Assembly: GCF_018977255.1 (NCBI RefSeq)
Contig: NW_024704743.1
Location: 9,054,001-9,118,000, forward strand
DNA: 64,000 nucleotides
Reading direction: 5' to 3'
DNA from: Callorhinchus milii
Lineage: Eukaryota
Within the stretch, counting starts at the first letter, position 1, and the number at the start of each line of letters is the position of its first letter. The notes beneath the pieces are model-generated. The model saw only the letters and a list, made by a program, of their open reading frames with translations, searched no databases and had not been told where the DNA came from. Below are positions 52,951 through 64,000 of the stretch, piece after piece. A program made the position numbers and the translations under genes.

Positions 52951-55900
52951 CCCACTTTTGGAGGAGTTCCTGAGGATTGGCAAGATGTTCATCTGCAAAG
53001 TGCATAATCACTACACTTTACAATGAATCCTATGAAGCACTTTGAGACATCTTCTTGAAATAATAATGATAATAATTCTTGCATAGTGCCTTATTAGGTC
53101 AGCGCTTTGGGACATCCTCACGATGTGAAAGGCGATATACAAATGTAATTTTGTATTGTATTGTATTGAGGCATCTCAAAGTGCTTCACAGGACATACTG
53201 TAAAATGGACTGTGTATTTTGTGGCTGAAACTCATTATGGTAAATGCAAGGATTTTTATCATTATTATTATGTGTCTGATGTTATTTCCAGTTACTGAAA
53301 AGAATCCCCTCCTGGTTTTCTTAACAAAATTCCTGTCAGAAATCACTGCATATTACACCCCTGTGTCTAACCCTTTGCTGCAAGGGCACTATATAAATGC
53401 AAGTTGTTGTTGCTGCTGCTCTAAACATCTTTATTCCAGATAGGAAAGTTACCTATTATTGTACAATTACTGTAGTGGTTTTAAAATATTGGATTCCATA
53501 TCGGGCAAAGTCGCTTCAAATGCTCCCATGCTTCATATGTTCAAAACCAAAAAGTAACAAGATTCAGACTGAGAAAGAATTGGTTGGAGCCATCAAGTAA
53601 ATAGAAAGAGATATTGCTGACAGCTACTATTGCAGTCTATTGAAGTTCACTGCATTCCCCCTTTCCTTCATTCGGATTAGCTTGAATCACGTTGCATGTC
53701 AATTTCAGTCTTAACAAAAGGAGGCAACATTATGAAACCCAATTAAAATTCAAAAGCACCAGAGAGCTGATAGAATGATGAACAATCGTAAACCAAATCC
53801 TGACTATGTGTAACTTCAGATGGTCTTAATTTCCCTTTCTGAATTATTCTATTTAGAGGCAAAATGAAAGCAACATTTTTTATTCAGGATTGAGAACAAA
53901 CCTTACAAATTTTTCAAATGATCCTTAGCATCCTTTGACCAAAAAGGTCAAGTGCGGGCGGAGCTTACTTGCTCCATGCTTTATTGGTGTTTGTACGTTC
54001 AGACCTTTGCTCAACAAATACTAGCTCGCTGTGTTTGTTGCTGGGGAAGGACAGACCCTAAACAGGATAGACTCAAAAGATATCCACCTGGTAACGCCTT
54101 GACCTTGTATCTCTGCTGCTGCTCTTCTGAGACCGAGGCGATATCCATAGGCAGTATGGCCTTGGCGAAGCATTGCAAGTGTGCTCGTGGGAGTGCTACT
54201 GAACAAATTTAACATACACATGGGCTTGAAAGCCTGGCATGACTGCAGCACTCAACAACCACCTCAATGACAGCCCTACAAAAATAAGGGCATCTTTGAT
54301 GGTTAAACATAACACTAATTACCGGTGTTTCAAAACAAATTGCAAAAAGAAGCACATGGCCCAATTGATGTTCGGGTCATGTTATACAACCTCAGGAGCT
54401 GATAGAAAATCCAATACATCTGATTGAGAACATTATGCCTTTTCAAAGTACAAGTTTTTAAACTCTTTTAAGTACTGAGGCCAAATTTATTTCCCGCAGC
54501 CTTTTCTTTTCCACAGAGTACCAGATGGTAGGGCAGACAGCTACGTGAAAGAGACAGTGTTCTGTTCAGCCACACAACCATCATCTGAGACCCTGTTCCT
54601 TATGTCACTACACAAACCTCTGACTCTGCAGAAAAAACAGTGGCACATAAAAAATAATTAGTCTCGACTACAAAATGTAAAAGGGTGGAACATTTGTAAT
54701 GATCAGATATTCAGTGAAGTGTAGAGCTGTAGATATATTTAACATTAGAGGTTTAATTAAAAGTTTTTTTTAATTATTAATAACAATAGGCATTTCTTAA
54801 ATAGTACAGAGATTATTAAGTCTTCCAAGTTTAAAGGATTTGCTGGTTATATACAGTTTGTTAATAACTGTAAAGGGTTAAACTGGAGTCATTCTGGAAC
54901 CAATTATGATGCCTAGAGTACAATTTTCGTTTGACACATTATAGCCAGCTCGTTTATTCTTCTTAGGATAGGCACCCTATCCTAAGAACAATGGTGAAAG
55001 TCTTAATATAACTGAGAATACAAATGACTGTGGTACTTCCATTAGTGGTGGAGGAAGGAGACAAAAAGCCTTAGCACTTTTATTGCTGGCCAACAATTCC
55101 TCAAAATAAACATTCATGGCTGTTTGTGGGACATTGCTGTGTGCAAATTGGTTGCCACATTTACCCGCTTTGAAATGCCCTCCTGATGCAAAAGATAGTG
55201 CACCAAATATAAGGATTATCATGAATAGGATTTTTAGGAATTGCTACCTTTTAAAAGAAAGCAAAAGCATGATCCAAGGAATATTTTTTGGTCAAACGTG
55301 TAGGAAAATGGTAATTTGTCTTCATATCAAGGTTTACGTCGAGGGGACAAGGAGGAGAGTTCCCCACGATGTACAGCTTGAGCAAATTAACTGCATATAT
55401 GTGCAGGAAGATAAATTATTTAGCAACAGCAACAGACTGTCCAAGATGCTCCAGCAAATCTAATGGATGAATCTGGTAATTAGACTAACTGATCATTAGA
55501 AATGAGCTTTGTGAAATGTTCTATCACATACACTTACAGGACTGGGAATATTGGCTGATCGAACCGTTTTATTGCTGTATGTGACAGCTTGAAAATCCTT
55601 TCTGAAAACTCCACCACAGTAATGGCACTTGTAAAGATTAAATAGCTTTTTCCTTTCCAACCAAAATGGTTCTATCAATAAATCCTCACCACAAAGACGT
55701 GATTATATGACCTGGTTCATCTTCCATAGTCACTACCTTCAGTATTCAGACACAAAGGGTGGGCCATAACCTATTTTATTGCCTTGTCTGTGCTCCCATT
55801 GATTTCAATCAGGAAATGCCAGAGGGGTGTGTTACAAATAATATTAAACGGGCAGATGGACAGTGGAGATAGTGGGACAAATATAAAGGAACAGAAGCAT

Positions 55901-56274
55901 GATCTGACCCCGGTAATCCAGCAAATTGGAAAGCAAGGAACATCTAAACCCAAATTAGTCGGGGTTTGAAATGAAAACAGATTGGGCTGGTTAAAAAGTC
56001 AGTGAGAGCAACTCCAAACTTTTCACACAAGGAAATAAGTGAATGGAATGGACATTGAGGGAAGAAACTGTTGAAAATCCTGACATCTACAAGTTTGTTA
56101 GTCTGACACGTTGGGAAGCGAAAGTCAGTTTGTCAACATGAATGAGCGGTGTTGACATGCTGCTGCACAGAATTTAGAGCAAAATCAGTCAGTTCAAGAG
56201 ACAACCACGTCGAAGCGCGAGACTGCTAATTCTGACGGGCTGCTCTGATTTGCTCCAGGCTGCCACTATGTGCA

Positions 56275-56725
56275 GAGGAAGGGGGGAAGTGACCATAAGC
56301 ACAATCAAGAAGTAAGGTCTTTAGGCGGGATTTGAAAGTGGGGAGGGAGGGGGGCAAGGCTGAGAGACTGAGGGAGAGTTCTAGAGTTTTGGGGCATAGT
56401 GGCTGAAGGCACAGCCATGGATGGTGGAACGGAGATAACGAGGGCCAAACAGGAGGCCGAAGTCAGCTGAGGGGGGGCAGCAGGTGGTGGAGTGGGGTGT
56501 AAGCAGCTCGGATAGGTAGGGAGGTGCAGACACATGAAGGGATTTGAAAGCAAGCGAGAGAATCTTCAATAATCGATCCATTCAGTAATTGGGAGCCAGT
56601 GGAGCCTGGCAAGAACTGGTGTGATGGGGGTACGAAGTTTTGTGCTGGTGAGAATCCAGGCGGTGGAGTCCTGAATTAGTTGTATTTTGTGTATTGTGGA
56701 GCTGGGGAGACCAGCGAGAAGGGCA
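56275..56725 (-). mobile_element. L2 ORF2 3' fragment (older family)
   Basis: KILSLAFKSLHVSAPPYLSELL...RSTIHGCAFSHYAPKL. Confidence 0.85.
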
Positions 56726-59700
56726 GAGTCAGGGTGGCCAATTGGTACATACTATCAGTGCACTGAGGAGAGGCTGATCAATTTCCATAACTTGACACAG
56801 CTAACAACTGAATTAGGAGGCGGTTTCAAGGGTAGTATTCTGGTCCACTAGGCTATGCTCCAACCCCCAACTGTTTCCCAGCTTTACCTTTACTCCCCTA
56901 TCTATATGAGAGCCACCACCCTGGTCCATTCCCCGGGTCGCCCCCTCCCATCATCTTAGGACCATCACTGATAACGATAAAGAATAATGGAAGAAGAATC
57001 TAGTTAGTTACTATGGGAGGCTCGGGGGGGAGAAAAGAGAGAAACAAATCAAGGCACTGTACAGATCAGCCCCTACTATGCGTCCATCCCGTCATGGTCC
57101 TCAGCTGCTGTGGGAAGTGATATAGGTGAAAACTGGGAGAATAATTGCATACTATAGCTGGACCATACTTAAGTGAATTAGATGCTGGCCTGATCTTAAT
57201 ATATACCCAGGAACTGAGCCAAGAACAACAGCAAAGTGAATGAAGCAGTTAACATTCCCAAATCAGAATGAATAGCAAATGCAACTTGTTGGTGTTGGAA
57301 CAAAGAGACACCTGGTGCCCTGTGCTCCATTTGCTATGTGAATTACCAACTCTATTCCTCTACGTGGGAAAGTTTATACATCACAATGAAAATAATACCA
57401 AATTAACCACATGGATTTCATGTCTAATGTGAAATGCCTACAATTACGGCAAGTAGAAATTGGGCAGGCGCTGGAGCGGGTAATGCCAGTGAAACATTAA
57501 CCAATAATTTAGGAAAATCGTATGGCAGAGATCAATGTATTTAGCATCCAATCTGCTGGTTAAAAATAAAGTGGTGACAGATGCTAAAATGTTTGCAGAA
57601 ACAATAAAGTTGACCACAAAATATTTTGCAATGGGGAAAAAGAAAAAAAGCAAGTTTACATAGAACAGTTTTAGCTGCTTTGCCAACAGGGTGGAGAAGG
57701 GCCTGGGTCTCAGAGAACCCTATTTCACATTAAGCTTCTCTGCATTAGATTTCTATTCCAACTCATTAGAATTTCATACTTCAGACTCCACTTCTTCTTA
57801 CAGTTTAATTTCACATATGAGTTTCTACATTTTTAATATGGGGGGAAATCAGATTCCTCAGTCATAATTCCAGGCTGCTTTCCCACCTTTTAAAAGATAA
57901 ACTAGGAATGTTTAAGTAGGGTTTCACTGCCCAGACACAGAAAGAGGAAAGGGTCTGCTTACGAACCTCTTTCCACAGACTTGAGAGTCAATGATATCAT
58001 TTAACCATTAGCGGCCGTCAATAATTGTATACTTCTGGTTATCACTAATGCAATTTTTTCACAGAGAAGCACAACAGTATTCCACTGATGTCATTAAAAG
58101 CTTTGTCCCTCGATTTGCACTGGTCCCGTTGTGGAAGAGCTGTTCCTTTGTATATTGCATTACAGCCTCTTAATACAGTATTACCATCTTAAAAGGCCTG
58201 TCATTCCTACTTAATGCTGTAGCCACGGCCAGCTCAAAACACTGCCAGCTGCATGTGCACTTCTGCGGCTGCCTAATAAGCAAAATAAATCTTTAATTTA
58301 GGAAACGGGAAACCACATGCACTGTTGCGCAAAACTAAACTATAATGGCCTTGTACTGCATTTTATGAATACCCAGGTTCACACAGACTAATATGATACA
58401 GAAACAAGCCATTCAGCCAAACCAGTCTGTGTGGTCTTTATACTCCAAAAGAGCCCCCAAACCTCCTAGTCCCCTCTGTTTCCTTCTCACACATGGAAAC
58501 ATCAAGAGCAAGTAATGAGATCTAAAATCCGATATTCGAAATGGAGAAAGGGAGGGGGAACACGCACAAACAGGGACTCCTGTCAGCTGACAGAAATGTG
58601 ACAGGCCGACGTGTAGGAACTCCGCTCCAGATGTTCATCAGATGGTTTCTTCAAAGCAGAGTGACATTTTCCGATTACCACAGGAGTCACAAACAACACG
58701 TTTTAAGACAAAATAGTGCACAACAAAACCTCTGCTCTGAATTATCTCAGCAAGATAAAAGTGCATATTCACATCATTCAACAAACTCATCTCGTTTTGG
58801 ACTAGAGCTTTGCATCTAATCTGCTGGTTAAAAAAAGTAGCAGCAGATGTTAAAATGTTTGCAGGAACACTAAAAAGTACAAACATATTTTGCAATGGGA
58901 TCGTGGTGGTGGGAGGTGGGATGGAAGAAAACTCATTCAGTTATAACTGGTCCAGTTGCTTTGCCAAACAGGGTAGACAAGGTAGCCTATTTCCAGAGAG
59001 ACCAATTCTACAAAACAAAATCTCCACTTTTCATAGTTGAGCAAGGAGAAGGTGCACCTTATGTCATTCTACAGGGTTTGCTCTCTTCTCAGCTTGTCTT
59101 GTTTTGCCAGCTCCCCTCCCCCTTTTCCCTATTTTATACCTTTCACGTCGGGAGGATATCCTATTGCCTCGACAGTCATGGGAGCTGGGATTGGAAGACC
59201 TTACATCAGTTGTCCTCCTTTTCCAGCTCCATTGCATCTATCTTGCAGGACCTATTTGAACTGGAAGGAAATTTAAAGAAAGGCGGAGAATTTCCTGTGC
59301 CATTTCACCGTATTCTGGTTTGAGATTGTTCTGATGCTGCTCATTTTACATGCAAGTGCGACACCCATCAGAGAGCCTTCAACCTTGAAAACCTATTTGT
59401 GAGTTCCCTCTAGTGCGTTACGCAAGAATCTTACAGATTTCAAAGCAGAACTGAGTCTGAAATAAGACCTCTGATTGGAGGCAACTTGAGGAACAACTAA
59501 TAAGAACAACAATAACCACAACAACAAATTACACTTGTATAACGCCCTTCATGTTAGAAAGACATCCCAGGGTGCTGGACAGTCAGGGTTTTTTGGGATA
59601 ATAGATATTCAGGAGTAAATTTTCATATTTTAAAATATATGCGTGCAAACCTCCTTTTTAAATAAAGAGGGTTAAACCTTCAGAGCTGATTTTCACTCCA

Positions 59701-59989
59701 AATTGGCACCATCAGCACAGTAAACGTTCAACAGTTGAACAAACCGTCGTTACATTTGAAAATGTACAAAACAAAGTTACTTTTTTTGTTGTACATTTAT
59801 AACGAATCTTGGCTCACACAAGGTTGCAAGATGACTGACTGGATGTAATGAAATATTAAGTTAAATGCATGCTGATGAAAAATGTATAACCCTCTTTGAT
59901 TCCGAAAGACCTTGAATCATAATTTGTTCTCCGGATTGGTACGCGGCATTACAGAGTCAGGTGAAGCACCACGGGATTTCAAACTCAGA

Positions 59990-60292
59990 TAGTCTTGGCT
60001 GACACTCCATGCAGTTCTGGATGTGTGCTGCATTGTCTGAGATGCCATCCTTCAGATGGGACATGAGATGTTAAACCAAGGACCTATTCAGGTTGGCATT
60101 GAAGATCCTGTCATGCTGTTCGAAAAGCGAAGGGTTTCTCTCCCAGGGTCCTGGCCAACAAGCCACCAATAAAATTGATCACTCACTCCATGGCTGTTTG
60201 TTTGACAATGACGGGTGCAAATTGGCTGCCGCGTTTGTCCCCCAAATACGGTCACTTTACAGTGTATTCTGTGAGATGCCTTGAGACATCCT
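59990..60292 (+). mobile_element. SINE family A; tail remnant resumes at about 61217-61310 after a CR1 insertion
   Basis: Deu-like body to gagacatcctc; cgcaatatccaatataagaattaataat resembles the remaining tail. Confidence 0.75.
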
Positions 60293-61216
60293 CTTATCAC
60301 AGCACAGAAGGAGGCCATTCAGCCCATCCTGTACATGTCGGCTCTTTGAAAGAGCTGTCCAAGTTAATTCCATTCCCCCGTTCTCTTGCCATAGCTCTGC
60401 AAATTTATCCTCCCCCAAATATCTATCTACTTCTCTCGGCTTCCACCACCCTTTCAGGCAATGCATTCCAGGCAATGAACAACTCACTGTGTGAAAAAAT
60501 TTCTCCTCACCTCCCCTCTGGTTCTTTTGGCAACTATTTTAAATCTGTGTCCACTCGTTACCAACCCTCCCTGTTCACCCTATCAAATCCCCTCATAATT
60601 TTGAACACTTCTATTATATCTTCCCTTAACCTTCTCTGCTCCAAGGAGAATAATCCTAGCTTCTCGAGCCTCTCCTCATAACTGAAGTCCCTCATTCCTG
60701 GTACCATCCTGGTATATCTCCTTTGCACCATCGCCGAGACCTTGACATCCTTCTTAAAGTGTGGTGCCCAGAACTGAACAACAGTACTTTAACTGAGGTC
60801 TAACTAGGGTCAAAAGGACTTCCTGACTTTTGTATTCTATGGCTCGATTTATAAAGCCTCATATCCCATATGCTTTCTTAACAGCTTTATCTGCCTGTCC
60901 TGCCACCTTCAAAGATTTACTTATATGAACCCCCAGATCTCTCTGTTCCTTCACCCCTTTAAGATTGTACCATCAGCGTATATGGCCTCTCCTCATTCTT
61001 CCTCCCAAAATGCATCACTTTGCATTTCTCCACATTAAACTTCATCTGCCGCGTATCTGCCCACTTTACCAGTCTGTCTATGTTGTCTTGCAGTCTGCTA
61101 CTATCCTCCTCACTGTTTACTACTTTTCCGAGCTTTGTATCATCTGAAAACTTGGAAATTGTACTCCCTGTACCCAAGTTCAGGTCATTTATACAGATTA
61201 AAAAGAGCAGTGGTCC
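60293..61216 (-). mobile_element. CR1 LINE 3' ~0.9 kb, same family as 46705-50385
   Basis: ISKFSDDTKLGKVVNSEEDSSRLQDNIDRLVKWADTRQMKFNVEKCKVMHFGRKN. Confidence 0.93.
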
Positions 61217-62569
61217 TCATATTCCTCACGCAATATCCAATATAAGAATTAATAATAATTATTATTAATTATTAATATAATTTTAATATAATTAATAATG
61301 ATTATTATGACTCAGTGGGATTTATCATAGAGTTATAATAGGGTTGCAGTGATATTTGCTGTACTAATAGCTAGAGGTCTAGCCTGGAAAATAAAACTGG
61401 CTTTGATTCCTCCTGCAAAATGCCTTTGAAGATAAGTTGGATCTCTTCACTAAACAGCCTGTCGCCGAAAGAAAAAGGAATGTTTCAAAGTCCTAACTTG
61501 GAGAATAAGGAGTGGCTGTATTAGATGGCTGAACACTCGTTATAAGCTGTAGGACACTGGAAGGCGGAAGGGGTTACATTCATTTAAACCCTGAGTGCAT
61601 TACCAATTTTAATAACCCGACTCCTTTTATATAAGTTTTTGTTTTGTATTGTTAGATTAAAACTGTACATAATAAATGATGTTGTTCTGAATTTCTGTGA
61701 AATCCTTTCTTCCCGCAAAGTTTATTCCTGATTTAGGAGAAGGGTACGTATTGGTAACACAGCGAAGACAGCGATGACTGAAGTACAAAACATTGCCTCA
61801 CGTGAAAAATGACGACTGCTGTTTTCTAACTGTAATAGTTACTGTGAAGTATGGCACATTTTATTCTCCTCTACATCTTCCTCAATTGTTTGACAGTGCT
61901 TTGCATCAATGACCTGTACTTTGCGCGCTGGGAAAATAGCCAAAGAGAACATTTCCACGGCAAAAAAAGAGGGCTCATTGCACAACAGTTTTTAATTAAA
62001 ATGCTTTGGATTCCATTCTCCGTCCTTTGACAGCACATCCCATACTTGGAATGGGACTAACACAGGAATTCTGTGCAGTCTTTAACACTTTTAAAAGCCC
62101 CATGGAACCTCGCCACTGAACTATTATCACAAACGTCATTGTCTAGCAGAGGATCTGAAATGACCTTTTAATGGAACGAAAGCTCTGGCTTTATCAGCGT
62201 TGACTTCTACCAAAAAAAACAGATGGGGCATGAAAGGAAAATGACATTGGAACCAATCCAACTGCTAGTGCTGTTTACGGAGGCTCATTTCGGAGGTATA
62301 CTGCTGTGCAACATGTTTCCAAGGCACGGAAATGTCACAGAGTATCAGCTCATTGAGAACGGTGGAAAAGAAAGAAAACGCTGAAAACTACTATTTAATT
62401 CAAAATCTAGACAGACATTTCCTGAATGTTTTTCAATCACCTGAAGGCTCCTTGAAAAGGTTGAACTTTTAAAGAAAGATATTGCCAAATAAATTGAATA
62501 GCGCTCTCCCATTACAGCCCCCACAACCACCACCACCACCTCACGGACAGAAGTTAAAAAAAGCTTCAG

Positions 62570-63035
62570 TTGAAGAACTTGGCTTTGTATAACTTTGTTA
62601 TCTCACCAAAACATTTCAAAGTGGGTCACAGGTAAATGTGGGGCTTGCAAGATCACACTAACTGGTCTGGCGGGTTAATGGCCTGGAGTCTAGGAGGAAC
62701 TCCCTTCAGATAACTTTACATCACATTCAACAAACAACTCGCACTTACATAGCGCTCCTCGTGCAAGGTAGGGTCTCTGAGCACTTCAATGTCAGAGAGG
62801 ACCTTGGTTTAACATCTCATCCGAAATACAACAAATTGCATTTATATAGCGGCTTTCAAGGGCGGTAGCAGCTCAGAGCACTTAAATATTATACAGCAAC
62901 TCCCACAACGCAGTGCTCCTCCACCAGTGAGCTGGAGTATCAGCCCAGACTAGAGGTTAAAATGCCGACATGTGGTTGAAACCCACAAACTTCTGAGCCA
63001 GAAGTGAGAGTCCTACTAACTGAGCCAAGTTGATA
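62570..63035 (-). mobile_element. Diverged SINE A with two short L2-tail inserts (about 62735-62790 and 62826-62885)
   Basis: Head cttggctcagttagtaggactctcacttctggctcagaag; body interrupted by tails ending in ttgttg. Confidence 0.65.
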
Positions 63036-63711
63036 CTACAAAAGGACCCTGCTGTGCAACGTGAAATAAAAACAAGGAGTCATGTGGGGATCAACAGATG
63101 TCACTTTGGATAGTAACTTAGCTCTCACGTTACACTCATTTTACAGCTTAGGAGAGACATGTCCAGATAGCACTCACACACTGAACATACTGAGAGGGTC
63201 AACACAGTGTTTAATGTGCATGTTTAGTGGCCTGTATTTGGAAACAACACAAGAGGAAACTGCTTGAGCAGCTGACCCTGCTAATCTTACATGCAAAAAA
63301 CTCCAACGTTTAATGCAAAAATTTCCAATTTCTCAAGTATCCAAACTAATAACTAACCCAGCTCCAAACCTGTACGTCATAGAGATGTTTCCGTGGCTCA
63401 TTTTATAATTCTAATATGGAGTTGAAATTGAAAGTAATAGTTTGGAGGGGGAGTGGGGAGGGGTGTGGGGGGATAGAAGGAGGAAGGTGTAGAAAATGTA
63501 TTAATGGTACCAGTAATTTCACGAACAGATTTTTCTTCAAAACAGTTAAATCGGCAAAGTACAGAAAAAAAAATGTTAAGTGAGTCAATGTATACTGGTG
63601 GTGAAAGTGTGCAAATTCTAACCACCTGTTTTCCTGTGCGAAAGACAATTTTCTTGTCAGCTTCTTATGAGAGAAAGGGGGGTGGTGGGGGAGGGGGGGT
63701 GGGGCAGGGTA

Positions 63712-64000
63712 TTACTTACGTTGCTTGGTGATAACTTTCTTTAAATGTTCAAACATTTGAAGAGCTTTCTTGATTGAAAATGTCTGTCCAGTTAAGTGGC
63801 AGCTTTTACCTGCTCCATTGTCGGAGATGCTGTCCTCACTATAATAACACTGCATCTCGGACCTGTATGCTTCCTCTCGCACTAGGCTCCTCCACTGATG
63901 TGCATTAAGAGCAGTAACTGATTTGGCTCCGCTCAGTTTAGTGGTGGTGGTTCGATCAGGACACGTATACTCGCCCTGTACTGAACTATCCTGGATCGAG
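63712..64000 (-). other. Exon-like open frame of at least 95 codons running off the window edge
   Basis: Stop-free minus frame with donor-like CAAC|GTAAGT (63719) and GCAG|GTAAAA (63809). No homolog recognised. Confidence 0.35.

Noticed and set aside
36345..54880. Isolated ttaaccctt / aagggttaa piggyBac-like ends
   Set aside because: No extended TIR match or transposase between them.
61245..61310. AT-rich palindromic tract
   Set aside because: Expanded (ATT)n SINE tail.
63626..63719. Possible ~55-nt intron followed by a KLTRKLSFAQEN mini-exon ending in phase 2
   Set aside because: The intron would be below the usual vertebrate minimum, the donor GTGGTT is weak, and that frame does not follow from the phase-1 donor.

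Overview
Eukaryotic (vertebrate) genomic DNA. The repeat content (tRNA-headed SINEs with a Deu-like body and L2-type tail, CR1 and L2 LINEs) points to a cartilaginous fish, probably a chimaera; that assignment is inference. The window holds the 3' end of PARD3 (Par-3 polarity scaffold) on the minus strand: three coding exons with canonical GT-AG boundaries and matching phases (9626-9743, 4162-4289, 788-1163), followed by the 3' UTR (1-787). Everything from 9744 to the window end is one intron of more than 54 kb; the next known PARD3 exon was not found. The introns are packed with decayed and often nested retroelements: two SINE families, several CR1 and L2 families, one hAT-type MITE and one foldback insertion with a 14-bp TSD. 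Apart from the PARD3 exon ORF and LINE ORF2 remnants, the ORF track looks spurious. I found no convincing new multi-gene system. The best leads are an exon-like open frame at the right edge, the foldback element (possibly Penelope/hammerhead-derived), a 37-bp-stem hairpin built from an L2 3' end, a CR1/L2 chimeric RT frame, recurrent insertion-site preferences and local templated duplications. Repeat boundaries are approximate and family names come from recognition, not a database search.
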